From Phallusia mammillata (lineage: Eukaryota), in contig OZ281494.1 of the NCBI GenBank assembly GCA_965637545.1, positions 8,742,001 through 8,806,000 of the forward strand: a stretch of 64,000 nt of DNA. Reading direction: 5' to 3'. Shown piece after piece: positions 12,601-27,133 of the stretch. How positions within the stretch are numbered: position 1 is the stretch's first letter; every line of letters begins with the position of its first letter. Made by a program: the position numbers and the translations under genes. The notes below the pieces were generated by a model, which was not told the origin of the DNA, made no database searches, and saw nothing but the letters and a program-made list of their open reading frames with translations.

Positions 12601-15600
12601 AAAGTCGCCAGGTGGTACGCGATCGGTATAAGGTTGAGAGCCACTGGTCTACAGCCACCACGCCAACGATAAGCGCCACAATACCAACCACAACAACAAA
12701 AGTAAATCTTTATACATTGGATTGACGTTATAGTTTTTCGTAATTACGAAGTCTTTGGTCATGGTTTGTAGTAAATGTGAGTTACCTGCCATTTAAACTC
12801 CTCAATTGTGAGACTGTCTTTAATATTTAATTATTGAGGTGCTATTGGCTCTATATTGAATCTACAACAGATAGTTAAGTTAAACAAAAACACATTTACC
12901 TCAAACTTCCGCTCAGGGCGCTGCAAACGAACAAACCGGGCAGACCTGGAAATTTTGACAGAATGTCCATTACAAGATAGGGAGTAAGTTGGTCACTCGA
13001 TGTCACCCAGCCCGCTGTGTAGGGGTCGCATTCGGCGTAGTAGGCGTACATTGTAATTCCAGCTAACCCCGCAAGCACGTCTATTGCAATGATGCCCAGG
13101 AAGTTTAAGTAGAGCGCTCTGAGAAAGTTTGTCATAAAATTATGGTTTGTTATGATAAATTGGGCATTTGTAAACAAGTAGAATATATTTCATAAAAAGA
13201 TTGTCGTATAATGTAGCGTAGAAGCAGGAAACAGTTGCAAACACAAGGAAACAATTTCCTGTGGTGAGGATTTAAGTTTTGGGTATTGAATAATATTTGG
13301 CTTTTGCTTGCAGTTTGGCGACCATTGAATTTGCCAAACACACTTGTAATGTATAATGTATCAGTGATTCAACATTTCTAGATTCGCTTTACGCACGTTA
13401 TAGCTGCAGCGCGTTTAGTCATGATTTACTAATTCACCAGCTTGCGTTTCCTAACGTTATAGGAGCTATTTTCGGATTGGTGGTTGTTAAGTGCAATTGT
13501 GTCGCTGTATTTTCTTGTACTAAGCGGAAGAAACTCAACTTAACTTAACTCATACCAAAGAAACAGCACAAACCATACAACAAGCTAAAGAACTTACGCT
13601 TTGGCGTGGGTTTCAGTTTTGCAGCATAGATATCGTTGGACGGAAGTGTGTGTTGTGCCGTACCTTCCCGCCCAATGTATTGTACCTCCCACTATCATCG
13701 TCCAAAACGAATGGCGGACGCGTGGGTCAAAATCAAAACTAGAATCAACAACAACGTTCGTGACCCATTGATGTTAAAGGGATACCAAGCATAACTATTG
13801 TTTATGTTGGCTAATTTAATCCAATTTAAAATATTATTAGCTTTGTATTCTTCTGAATATAGTTGCATGATATTTATAACATAACACTTTTTGTTTTGGT
13901 GAACGATTTTAGGAGTGGGGCTATTGGAGCCTTTTCAGATGATATTGTAGATGCTTTTAAATACGCCTAATGTCTTGCACTAGCTATTTGATTGTCTTTT
14001 ATACAAATAACTTGGCACACAGTTGTAACTTGGAATAAAAATTTAGACTCAAATATATTTTGATTTAAGCCAAGAAATTAAAGTTTCAATAAAATTGTAT
14101 CCGATTGTTAAATAAGGTATTGTTGCCAGGCTATAAACGAGTATTGCTCTTCCAGCAGTTTTTGTGATAAATAATGAACGTTTCGACGTCCCATACCGAT
14201 TGGTAGTTCAGGCTCGAGTCGTTGAAACCTGTTTCTAAATATAAACCTGGCCCGAAAAGCCGAACCTGACTTTACCTTGCAACATAATGTGAACATAAAA
14301 GTTTTAAGTTTAACCTTACTGGTTGAAATCAATCCTTCCTCCGCGCTCGGCAATTTTCCACATATTTTTTGCGCCACCCACCAGATAACAACCACGTACA
14401 ATGATAGCCAAGAAACCGGCGAGCATAACCGTGAATTGGAAGACATCTGTCCAAATGACAGCACGTAAACCACCGGTAGTTGTGTAGAATGTACACACCA
14501 CCCCCGTCATAAGTATTGCAGTCCATAAGTCAAGTCCAGTAACTGTACAAAAAAATTGAGTTTTTAATTAAGATAAATGTACAATAGAACATTGATGGTA
14601 GCATAAAATGACTTCGTTGAAAAGACAATGTTGGATAAAAATGCAACATAAGCTTTGTGTCAGCAAAGTCTCCAGTGTTTTGATTCAATTTAGTGTTTTC
14701 GTTTCACTTTGTTGTGTTTTATTTACTTTTATTCTTCTTTTATGGATGTTTATCTTGAGATTTTATTTAGGTACTGAAGATGTCATTAGGCGAAATATTT
14801 ATTTTCTACGATATTCATGGAATAATTTCGTTACTAGGAAGATATTATTTTACATTCTAGGTTTGTTGTGCTATACTATATAATACAATATTGTGGTCGT
14901 TATAAATACCACGAACTGTTTTGCATTCCGGAATTATGTGACAATTTCCCGCCAGTGACTGTGACAACCACAGGATGTGTCCGAAAGACAGAGATTACAA
15001 ATGTGCAACTATAGTTGTTGGTTTATAGATAGCTGTAATTTTTGAGGGATTAATTGCAATGTTCGTTCAAGATATCACTAAAAATTCGCCCCTTTTTTAA
15101 ACATTGTTTGATTTTGAAATACCAGTCAAACTTAATTGCCTCGCAAAAGGTCCCTACATTACAACCCACACTTTTAGGCTTAAACACTAATATTACTTTA
15201 TACCTACGCCTGTGAATAAATGTGGTTATTTTTTAAACGATTGGGCTGTTTTATCGATAAACCCTTGGCTTATCTCCACAATAACCCTAACAAATGTATG
15301 TTTTGTATTGTAGTATCACACCATACCAAGTATCTTGTCTTTTGAGTTTTGACGCTTATGTTGCTGTCAAAAAAGTGTGCGCTTGCCTATAATCGGTCAT
15401 AATAGGGAGTTTTTGTTAAAAAGCGTTGCTTTGATTTTTACATTGTAGTATCACTTCCAACCAAATATCTCGCGTTTTCCATTTTGGCGTGTATGTTGCT
15501 GTCAAAAAGTGTACATTTGCTTTAAATTGGCCGTGAAGGGCACAGTGTTTAATTTTTGTTAGGAGGGCAACTATAAAGAAAAAAATGTTCAAAAATAAAC

Positions 15601-16830
15601 AGATGTGCTTACCAGCATTAAGCGCCAGGGCTGGAGCATAAATAACAAGGGCGCAGTACATCACTTGTTGCAGTATAAAGATGGCGCTCACCAGAAGTCG
15701 GACCCGACGATCAAAACGCATTTCTAAATACTGAAATCAACAAAACAAACAACTTTCAAAACAATGACCACATATGTGCAAGAGAGAGTTCTGCAGCGAG
15801 TGCGGAAACCACGTACAACTAATTTCCGCAAACTGAAATTTAATATCCGTAAACCATGACGTGTTGATGTTGTTATCGCGACACGATAATCGAAATTCTC
15901 AACATTCACACGGCATACATTTTTGAAAACAAAACTGTAGGCCCAACCTCATAAGTGCTATTGACTCCCAGCCGATAGAACAGTGGCACGTATATTGACG
16001 AACAAATGATGGCGTTGAGAAAATAGGTAATAACATAGTAGAGGTACATCGTTCCGTAGCGGTAAAACTCGGCAGGCGTTGCGATAACTGCAAAACAAAC
16101 ACCCCTGGCGTCAAATTGCGAGAGTAGCTTTTTTGGGGTTTAGATCGTTTAGAATTGGATCGTGGCGTTAACTAAAAATATGCACTTCTGGCGTCAAATT
16201 GAGGAAGTGGTTTCTCTATTTACGGTATAGATCGTGTGTATCGGATCTACGTTTTGCATCAATAGATACGATAATAGGTCCGAGTTTCTCAACTGGTCCG
16301 TAAAAGATTTTCATGAGTCCATGAAACGGCGTGAAATATTCTTTTTATCCACACTGTTTGCATTGCTTCACCGCGTTATTGGGTCCACAAATAGCTATAC
16401 TAATGGCTATGCAAAATGGTCCAACACCTATAAGGTAACCATAACCAAGGCTTTAATAAACAAAAAACACAAAAAATACTCCCTACTCCAAATATACTAA
16501 GACTTAATTAAACGTAAACAGCAAAAATACTATTTATTCGAAACATAATGCTACATTGTTCGTCTACATATCAGACTATTATTTGTTGCACAAAGCGTTG
16601 GTAAAATTTATGACATTTTTCTTACTTGCAATCGCTGACAGAAACCCAGTTGTTGCTGAAAATGCCACCGGCACAGCATGCATGTTTCTCCCGCCCATTA
16701 GGTAGTCAGAGGTCTTGGCTTTCTTGCGATCCCGTATAGCGAAAAACAGACCTATCCCTGACGAAATGGCAAACAGCAAAACCAAGACTATGTAGTCCCA
16801 TATGTTCAGATAAGTTTCGACTTTCCACAT
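9631..16830 (-). CDS. SLC5A8: Sodium:solute symporter, SLC5A5/6/8/12 clade, most like the sodium-coupled monocarboxylate transporter SLC5A8; 11 exons
   Basis: The spliced product contains [105 protein letters not shown] and MSYTLY. Thr-Tyr at the positions equivalent to NIS G93-Q94 matches SMCT1 rather than NIS. One-to-one orthology is not established. Confidence 0.9.
9914..10085. repeat. Degenerate ~23-bp minisatellite in the last SLC5 intron
   Basis: About 7 copies of CAAACCTYGGACAGRNCCTYGGT. Confidence 0.7.
11325..11490. repeat. ~36-bp tandem amplification of an SLC5 exon end plus splice donor
   Basis: The minus-strand unit TTTCCWTGGATWAATTCTTGG-GTAAGTGAGTATGA recurs about 4 times with decay; the first copy is the true exon end (FPWINSW). 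Confidence 0.7.
12335..12646. mobile_element. hAT-like MITE of the same GTGGTACGC family, in an SLC5 intron
   Basis: Ends ..TCTCAACCTGTGGCACGCG and GTGGTACGCG..AGGTTGAGAGCCACTG. Confidence 0.55.
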
Positions 16831-19527
16831 GATTTTGCTGTTAGTTCCAGCCTGCACAGCAAAAATATTTCAAATAGCCTTTGCACGAAATGCCCACAGG
16901 GCGTCTGGCGTTAACGGCCGTTGGATTAAGATTGACATTAAAAAAAGGTCTTTTTTTTCGAAGCACTCGTTTATACAACACCCGCTACATCGCGTAAAAG
17001 CTGACGAACTGCTTCCCCGTAACTACACAAACTGACAACATATATATGTTATCCGGCAAGCTGCAGCCTTTTTCGATTTCATTTTTTTGAAAAACATTGC
17101 CTGCACACCGAATACGGGCTTGTCCACCTTACGGGCCTATCACATTTCCTACACGACCCACACATTTACAAGTATAAAAAGCCGTAACGTCATGTTATGA
17201 CAAAATATGACATGTCTGTCAAAAAAACATTTAAATTATGTAACAAGAATTTGGTCACAAAAATCACGAGCTGTGTTCCAGGGGGGCGCGGGTGTAGATT
17301 CACCAGAAAAACCTACTAAAACATTTTTTCGTTTTATCTTTATTCCCTAATTTTTTTACTGTTTCACATACTATTTGTCTTTAATGAGGTTTTTCGCGAT
17401 TGCGGATTCTTGTTTACTCTATTCGTCCTGTTTAAAGCCGAAATTAGTACCGAATTCCAACACGAGATTGTCATTTACATTTTTAAGGGGGCCACAGGTC
17501 CTACAGGGTTACCTAAAGGGGGCCCATGAGGACCAAAAGTTACTTTTAGGGGGCTATGGTCCACAAAAGATTGAAAACCACTGGTTTAGACTAACACCCT
17601 TCACTGTGCATTTCGCGTTTACAATGTAGATCGCTGTATTTTATATCTTAATGCGTATACTCAATTCTTTAACACTAGTCTTTTGCTAAATATATTTCCA
17701 ACCAAATAAAATGCAGTGTCGTTGTACTTTACTTCAGGATAGGCAACCCAATAAAATAGAACTCAAGTGCGTCCTTATGGCTATCGTGTGAATTAAATAA
17801 GACTCAATTACTAGCTGATATTCCTAAGACAAAACAATAGGCTTGTAAAAGCAACATGAGGCGCAAGAAATGCATAAAATAGTGCATAGAAATTACCACT
17901 AATATCGAACAGAAACTCTCAAATATTGTAACATTTTACTCACTTGCACAGTGGTCTGCATCTTCAAAATTTTTAAATTTTGTGTTTGGTCTAATTCCTT
18001 TCCGCAGTAGAATAGAACTTTCGTAAGCAACCAACGACCAACAAAGTCAGTTGGTAAGGGTAGCCCATCGTGGCGGTATTATTGCAGCATTTCTGATAGT
18101 TTCATTATTTTTAAACCAAACACAATAAGAAATAATTCCTCACTACTATTGAGTCGCTGATGAGCAATCGTTTTGTGGTCTGTTTATGTATAATTCTTTA
18201 ACGAAAGTTCTGCATTTTACTCTGGTTGGCTGACAATGCTTAACTTACAGTTTAAAAACTATTTTTGTAAACTATTATTATTTTCACACTGACGAATATA
18301 TACTTATAGATTACGAAGATAAATTAAACTAGATTTCAAACATCAAAAACAGTCTATAAGAAATACACAACTTCATACCAATGAAAGCAAGTGCTAACTC
18401 ACATTTTACACCTCATGCTTATAGACGCCACAAGGTGAATAAGGGAAGCCAAACAATTACGAAAAGTTGCTCAAGGGATTTTACGGAGGTAACTGATGAA
18501 GTGACGCACGTCACAATTACGCGCAAAGGCGCGGGTCACATTCGAAGAAAAACGTCTTTAGAAATTTAAACAGATATGGAGCAAAAATTGTACGCAAAAA
18601 GCACCCCCCTATTGTTTCTACTGCAGTTTACATTTGTTGGCATTTTGTAAAATAATTTTGCAGTGTATTTTTCTGTAATCAGTTAATAGCAGTCCCGCTA
18701 TAGGACTTGTTGACAAAACAAATATTCGTACAATATTATTGGTGTCCGTTTGCGTTTGTAGTTTTGAGGCAAACTAAGCAACTTAAACTTCTTTGTATCA
18801 TTTAACTAATATACAATAGGAGAAATAAACATGTAACAAAATGGCCTAAGTCACATCACCCATACACTAACTCTTTTAAATGGTAATCTTGCTTCCATCT
18901 TACATATGTGCTGTTACCTATGAAAAGATGAATAAACGTTCGGCATCAAAACTGACTGGTTGGTTCTACTTTATTAAGAACTGATGGTTTTATAGACTAA
19001 TTTGGCAGTTTTGTCCGTGTCTTGCTTTGGGGCAATCATTGGGAAAAATCTGAATCACTGTATGCCATTCGTTAGACCCTGTTCAGTTGGAAGTAACTTT
19101 ACGAAACGTTTTCAACTTGGTTTTTCCTTGCTCTCGATCACACAAAGTGCTGTATGCATTGTATTTACAAAATATAAATAAAATAACACGGAGAAGTTAT
19201 TTTTTGTTTCCACTCTTTCCTTCTAACCAGAACCTTCTTCCACGGGCAACATCAGGCTGCGCAGAAAAAAACATCCTTAAATTCTTCACCCCAGCCCTTA
19301 TCGCTCATAATGCCTTTATCCGGAGGTACTGATAATGCTCCAAGTATGTTTCTAGTAGGACTTCTGCCCACGGCATCAACAGGTTTTAAAATCTCTTAGG
19401 GAGAAACGAATCTCTTGTTTTGTTACAAATCTCTTGTTTGTGTATAGAGTATTATTTATGCGCACTTGCTATCCTTCGTACTATAAAATATTAATGTGTT
19501 CTACAGAATTTGCATATGCTCCCACAC

Positions 19528-22500
19528 TTACGTGCAGGTAACGCTGAATGGCGGGTCCCAGTTCCCAGCTGTGCATGTGGAACTGGATTGTCCCATCATT
19601 TCGTATCCCGCGTTGCATGACATTGTGGCAACATCTCCGTTCTTCCAGTGTAAGGTATCACTTGCCATCAATGTCCCATTTCCAGGAGCAATTGGCGTTT
19701 CGCATGTCTCTGCAAACCAAAATAAATTGGAGTTATTAAGCTTTAAAGTTGAAGATAAGTGCTTGTTGTCGGCAATAATTAAAAGTAAAAATGTTACCGA
19801 CAACTACTGTAAGATTTCTTGCCTCTAGTGGCGCCAAGCTGTTATGTACGGGTACCGGGAATATCGTCCTGGCATTGCTATTGACGCAACAATGATGTTG
19901 TGACGTCAAATCCATTGTGATGCAATTACCTTGTGCGAGACCGCATGGTTTGCGTTTATTAGTGTCTGCTTTATGTGCTGACCGCATGAAAGTGATTATG
20001 TAATAGGTAACTAACTGGTATGTGTTTCTTTCTATGTAAATAAGGAAGTTTATTGATAATATGTCAACTGTCGACGGATATATTTGAGCTGTGTAAAGAC
20101 TTGAGTTATTGGTGAGCATTCTATGTTATTACGATTTGCCTGCACAGTACCAGTTATTGACAACACGTTGTCTTATATTGTAGCGAACCCAAGTTGGACC
20201 TGCATACGATGTGTTGTGCATTATACTGTTGCAACCCGGTTTATTTACCGGTAAGTTGGTGTGCCTAATAGCGTCGTTATTTATGCTTTACTTGAATGCA
20301 TAATTATACCGCAACCATTACAGTGGACAAGAATCAATTGGTCATTAACCTGTGTATCTGTGCGACGAAGTGGCTCGGCTGCATTGAACGCCGTGCTTAT
20401 AGTCAACCTGTGATCGTATACGTAATCGAAAATCTTGGACAGGTCAAAGTTTGGTATGTTGCTTCTTACTGTACATATGTTTGTCACACGTATGGTGTCG
20501 CTATTGCTCGTTCTGATTTTCACTTGTGGCGTTTCTTTGCAGAAAACCGCGTTTACTGCGCGCGTCATTCAACCTTGATCCAATATAATTCTGTTGCTCG
20601 CACTGGCAGTTTATCCAGGTTCTGCACTAAAGGTGCGACGCTACAGCTACAATAATAAGTTGGCAAATCAAAAAACATATTTCCATGCATACATTTACTC
20701 TCAAGGCCTATCAAGCTTATTCTTCGTTGTAAATTTATTTTCATTTAAATACCGTTAAATTAGCTTTAGCAGGAAGGTATAAGAGATTTTTTAACTTTCT
20801 GAAACGGCTTTAAACTTACGACACATGTAATGCTCACAATTTATGCCCAAAATGGGTAACGTACCGACGCATTGAGGAGGTGAATTGGTGTAAGTGCCAC
20901 CGCTTTGACACTGGGACTCTGCTACTCCAACCAAAATAAAGCCTTCGTTGCAGCTGTACGTAACTGTATGACCGGCAGCCCACGACAGACGACTTGAAGG
21001 TGTCATTTTACCGTTGCCGATAGATGGCGGTGGGGAGCAATCGTGTTCTGGAGGTAGGAAATAAATAGTTTATCTAATAATAAGAGGTTTTTAGTGACTG
21101 GCACGGCGATTTGTTCACTCAAGGTGTAAAATTTTTGATATAACCTGCAATGGGGCACAGATTGTTTTGTGCAACTATAGTTGCAGGATCATGTCCACCC
21201 AATCCGACCAAACCACTATTATCAGTCTTAAACATTTTTTAACTGAAATGTATTTGTAATAAAACAAGAACGCGCTTATGCACATTATTAATTTTATATA
21301 GTCTCAAAAAATAATTTGCATGCAACGTTGGTCGTGTTTGTATGAAACATCGATCTTATTACATTTTAACTAGTCAGTTGTGAAACTTTGGGCACTGATT
21401 TCATACAGTTAAAAAACGCAACATCGCCAGAACCTTTCGACCCCCAAATCAGGTAACCACAAACATAATTTGTATTTGAGGGAGAAAATGAGATTTACAG
21501 GCAGCCATACCAAGTAAACAATATGTCGGTGCCAGACGTTGTAATCGCATTACTCACTTCGGTGTTTTCCACTGTTGTGGTGTGAAATCTTATAATGCCT
21601 TAAAGTGTTTTCAAGTGCCGAAGGATGTAGCGATTGTGCTTTTTTGATGAAACTGGATAATCAAGTTTAGGAGGATATCAGGAAAAGTTAAAGTAAAAAC
21701 ACGCAAAACTTACTCATCCTAGAAACTCTTTTGGGGGAAGGAATGCGTTACCAAGCAGGGTAGACTAAAACTGTTTCAAAAAAACCTTTTTCGCATTTAA
21801 TCAAAAGAAAAATATACGCGCCCAATTATTTAAAAAGCGACAAGAATGCTGCAGTCAAAAACAGTTAAATGTAAGTCGGTAAACCACACCATCAGAATAC
21901 TAAACTAACATATTGCAATTTTCAAAATTTTGACAGAACAGTGAAGTGTAAATAAATTCCCGGTAACCTATTTACTAACCATGATTTTTTCCGATGAAGG
22001 TGCATTACGTTTCGAAATCATTTTTGCGCCATTTAGTGTTTGCAAAATCGATCTGTGATCTTATGGTGACAAATTATTTTGTGTAATGTCATATAGTGAT
22101 CTTAGCATGCAATGGCCTAAATGACAATCTGCTTGACATGAAAACAGAGAGGCGTAACACTGCCTGCAAGTTACTACTTACTTAAGCAAACAGGAGGGTT
22201 GCTGTTGAAAAAACCATAGCGACAATACGCTGTGTTTCTTCCATAAAATCCCTTGTAGCCGGGATTGCAAAAAAATTCGACAGTATCCCCATCATCGTAC
22301 TCTTGCTTATCTGGTTTTAGCCCGCCTTCAGAGGGAGGCCGAGGCCTATCGCAGGTCCCTGATAAACACAGCTGTTTATAGTTCTTGGAGAAACGTTTTT
22401 TTATTCCCATTAGTATTATTCTGATTTTACAATGTGTTGATGCCAGAATTGTAAGTCGGGCCGGGTTTTTTGGTCGCATTAGTTTGAATAAAATGAACTT

Positions 22501-23866
22501 CATTCGGGACTAACTACACACTCGGCCACATTTCTGTCGTAAAATGACTTTGGAAAGTATAATGTTCAATGTAAATTCGGGATTAAATTTCAAACCAAAT
22601 TAAACTCGGGTCGGGTGTCAAGCTTATACGTATTGGATCGGGCCAAAACTTTGACCAATTTTACTTCAGTGGTTTATGCAATTCTGTGTGAATAGAATCT
22701 TTGCATATGGTATAAATCAAATGGAGTTAAACATTTGTAATTTCACCTAATACAGGCAATTAAGGATTAATGATTTTGTTACCAAATAAAAGGTCAAGAT
22801 GAACATAAATTTATAACTGGGATAAGCCCTGACGCGTCTATATGCAGACCAGCGATCGCGACACACTCATGTATCAATCACAGTACGCCAGGACCATTTT
22901 AGAGATCATAAGCTATAGTTGTAACAACTGGTTTAATCTTTTTTGCAACAACACAAAAAAGTCAAATCAAAACACTGCAGCATTTTAATAGCGTGTGGCA
23001 TTTTTCACTGCACAAACAATAATTGTGGTCAGAGCACCTACTTTCACAGTTGCGACGGCCATCTCCACTGTAGCCATCCTTGCAATCACATCTATAGCTA
23101 CTGAACGTCTGCGTACAAATTGCGTTTCTGTGGCAAACTCGTCGCCGACTGAGGCACGGATTTTCCTCTGTAAAATTAAATCAACATCTTGCGAAATGTT
23201 TTCAATTAGTTCGGGATTTTAGTTTTTAACAAACAGCCCCTAGTGAAGTTCAATAAAGGCCTAAAAGGGATATTTTGGCAAAGCGTGGATGTTTAAAAAA
23301 AATTGAATTTTTTGGACATGTGTTTTATTAAGGAAAAACAAAATAGAACCAAATGCGTTTTGAATAAAAAATCCTTGCAGTAAATGCATGCATCCGGATC
23401 GCTTATTCAACTCTTTACACTCCAGTTCCAATAAACTTATACCAGATATAAAGTTTTTACTAAACAGCCAAAGCAATATGTATGTAATATCGCCTGTGAA
23501 GTTCAGCTTTGTTGTATAAAACGAGTAAGAGTGCGACTAATTAGATATCGTAAGTCGGAGTATCTTAAGTCTTAACTAAACACATACGCGGGGTTTACCA
23601 TCAATCTGGGTCTTATAATAAGAACGACATGTAACAGATCATGACTTTTCTGATCTAAAACATTCAAATAAAAAAAACTGATTTCTCACTCTCACACGAA
23701 GGATGCTGTATAGTCCATATTTTGTTTGAACATATGTTGACTGGGCTTCCGGTTAAAGTGTATCCAGGGTTACATTTGTACGAAAGCACACTGCAACATG
23801 CACGCAGCAGCCGATTCGGCTGACACGCAGCTCTTCCATTTCCGAAGTACACCAAGGGTGTGCAGC
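19528..23866 (-). CDS. CCP(sushi)-EGF-CCP-CCP-CCP protein, probably secreted; 5' exons unresolved
   Basis: Exons joined by phase-1 introns: 23690-23866 (CCP, YKCNPGYTLTG..W...PSC), 23042-23167 (EGF, CHRNAIC..YRCDCKDGYSGDG), 22182-22358, 20865-21047 and 19528-19709 (CCPs). The last ends in TAA or an overlapping phase-2 donor. No TM exon found. Candidate signal exons at about 25400-26015 are ambiguous. Confidence 0.8.
20120..20620 (-). mobile_element. Possible decayed non-LTR retrotransposon RT fragment in a CCP-gene intron
   Basis: FDLSKIFDYVYDHRL resembles the RT motif DLSKAFD.V.H..L; RQRVVNNW resembles the CR1 end motif. Reading frames are broken. Confidence 0.3.
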
Positions 23867-26800
23867 CTGAAACACAACACAGATATAAAAGCACCTATTT
23901 CTGAAAACCTCATTCTGATAGTAACACAGTAAATGAATATGAATGTTTATTTTTAAGTCGAAGTAAATCGGTTAATGGAAGGATCGGGCTATTAGTGGCA
24001 CGCTAAATTTACGAAAAGTTACACAGTTTCGAGCCTGTTTTTACCGCATTTTAGTTGTAATTTCCTTTTTCTTATCCACCTGCTTAAAGTTATAAGTGTT
24101 TCTTAGGTCCCTATGGGATCATTTCAAAATACGTATTAGCCCCTAAGTCAGAACTCTCCATGTGGTGGTCCATAGACCACTAGTCCGGCGAATTTGGTTG
24201 TAAACTCAAGATAGATTGTATATTATATACGAAAGAGGGTCAAAATGTCATTTGTTAACGATTTTATCTAATTTCTTTTGTCTTCTACATAGGATGTATA
24301 AGAATCGTTTCAATCCAAAATGATGCTTAGTGCGTAACCATACTTTAATTTGAATCGAAAATGGAATAGAGTAAACCACCATAATATTTTTACTGGGCCA
24401 GTGGTCAATGACCTAAAAACGAGTTAAGTCTTAAGTCGATTTTTCCGTTTGAAGTATTTGGCTAGATTGGTCTGGATAAAAATCTGCGTTCAAGGGCGTT
24501 TGCACACTCTCAAGGAAAGCAAAACCTAATGCGCTAATATAATAGCACAATTGAAATTTGGGTCGATTTTAAGTCGATTTACGCCATTACCCGAAACCAA
24601 CTCAAAAACACTGCCCAGCTTGCAACTCTGTCACCACCGAATTGTTTTTTTCGGTACATTTCAGTCGAAAATAAAGGCTTACAAAACTTTATATTTTACG
24701 CCTAACGTCCACCTTGCACTCCAGGGTAAATGTAGTAAAAAGAAGACCAGAAAACCATACAAAAATCATTTAAACACTTACAGTTTTTGTACAAGTCAAG
24801 AAGAAAAAACGAACGACTTTGATGAACAGCAAATATGGCCAACACCAAAGCAAACAGAGCCTTCATCTTTTGTATCTTGTAATAAAAGCAAAATCACATT
24901 TACCGCCTAAAAATACGTTTTTGTACAAAATAAATCAAGTCAATATCTATGAGCATTTCAAAAACTTTACTGGTCTAGGCAAATATTACACTAATTTACA
25001 TTAGCTCCGCTAACTATAACAACACTATTTAATATACAACTAATGTCTTGACGCTTCGCCTTTCAGAAACCTACAGTTTAAAATATCTAAGACAATTTCA
25101 AACCCTGTTTACGCGCAATTCTGCAGAAAAGTGCATGTCAATGTTAAAGGCAGCTGTCTTTATACCCGTTTGTCAACTCATTGTGTTTTTACCTAAATTT
25201 CGCTCCAAAAACGCCAGGTAATACCGTGCAAAAATTTACATTGCCACAGGCAGTTTTCCACAGAGCCAGATTTCGCGATTGGATGACTAAAAACTGTAAT
25301 CCTGCACAATCAGGTCAACAACGAAACTTGTGACTAAGTTTGTAAAATAAACAGAAAGCCTTACTAGCACTAAAGAGACGAATCCATTCACACATTAGCT
25401 TTATTTATGCTTACAATTTTTGGAAACGGTCCAGTACGCCGAAGCAGGGTGTATGCTGCTGAAAGCAAAGATACGAATTTACGCTTGAAGAACGAAATTT
25501 AAAAGCACTAGAAAAATATTGAACAAGCCTTCTCGAGTTTTACGAAACAATTGCAATAATGAAAGCATAAACATAAAAAATATGTGCAAACAACAAGACA
25601 ACAACCAAAGTATATTCACGTATAACCTGTCTTAAAGGATCGGACATCCCCACTTTACAGTACATTAACTGGGCATAAGCAGTAAATATATAAAAGCTCA
25701 AGTTAAAATAAATTATTTACGATTGACCAAACAAAAATAATCTTACACAGAAAACGTACAAGCATAAAGTTAAGAACAAAAAACGGAAAGACCGCCAGTT
25801 TGGCCAAATTAGACGTGTCCTGTGATTGTTGTTCAAAATGCGTCATCCTTATCTAGTGCAATATCTCGGATTACACGGTACAGATTAAGTTCAACCAGTG
25901 CAATGATTCAGATGATATTTTACACAGTAAAGAGAAATAACCCGGATGGATTGAAAACGGGCATTACAAGCGCAATTGTGGACAAACAAAAGAGTGGCCA
26001 ATGCATTTTCCTACATCGTATGTCACTTGTAAGTATGTGCGATTCTATACTACCCCTTGCAAAATATGAGTTGCAGATTACATAAGTATGTGTACAAATG
26101 AAGCACAATCATTTGGTTAGTCCAGATCGGAAATTCTCAACCTTTTTGTATGACCCACCTAACCAATATTTTTACAAACAAAATTTTCGTTACACGGTGT
26201 GGTATAAGGTATTGTAAGACTATAATAGTTCGTGTAACGCCAACATAATCGTACTAAATTCCCCGACGTAAGCATTGCCACCCAGGTTAAGAGACCACTG
26301 ATTTAAATCATCAAAGAAGAAACAAATTTAAATAAGAAAATACCCCACAAACTTTTAAGGCACAAAAAGTTTAAAGTTACGTAAAAAACAAGTCGTACAG
26401 AATAAAATGTTAAACCCTACAAAACCGTGAAATGTTTAGGAGACTCGGCAGTGTGCGATGTATTTGCAGTAAAATCTGTTTGTGGGTGGCATGAAGTGGC
26501 AATACGTTCGCAGTGTGATTCACACCTTGTTAAGCGGAAAAAATAAACACACACCATGAAATACGTGCACTTCTAGCTAAAGCAAGTTCGAACAGCGGGC
26601 AAGCAGACTCCACAAAAACCGCGCTTCGACTGATTTGTCTTGAAAACATGCAATGAATTGACTTTGCCAACCACCGGCTGTAAAGTACGAGGTTTTCTGA
26701 AATTTGTCAGCCTAAGGTGGTATTTTGTTTAGAATTTGTTGAAAATACGTGTTCTGCATGTGACCTGTATGACGGTTCCAATTGTGCTCTGTCATGTACT

Positions 26801-27133
26801 TTGAGCGTCACGTAAAAATGAGCAAGTCATCTTGATTTCAAGCTCACATACCAGAACATTGGTTTGATCCATATTAAAACCGAAGATATTGCATCGCATA
26901 TGTGCAAATTGTTGGCACGGTAATACAATTTGTAACATATAATTGCAATGCCTTCCCGTGTTGTGTCATACAAATTGTTTGTTTAACCCACAGTGAGTCT
27001 ACGTTGCTCATATTGTTTGTGTATTGTTTTTAACCCGCCATGCATTGACAGCGTACATTATAAGGTTCGGCATTTTTTTAATGAGAAAGACTCGACCGCA
27101 GTAGCAGTGTAGCTCAGCATTTCTGCATGGTAA

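Noticed and set aside
18150-18185. CTGATGAG hammerhead-like heptamer (similar isolated hits at about 630, 1540, 9120, 18290, 22000, 36430 and 63445)
   Set aside because: No properly placed stem II plus GAAA. The 1534-1575 hit has a stem I but a scrambled core.
20281-20655. Overlapping ORFs inside the CCP gene
   Set aside because: They do not fit the phase-1 CCP exon chain (20865 splices cleanly to 19709) and are better explained as a decayed retroelement.
25822-26108. MHWPLFCLSTIALVMPVFNPSG as the signal exon of the CCP gene
   Set aside because: Plausible via a 44-nt exon at about 25410-25455, but the donor is weak and alternatives exist; left out of the model.
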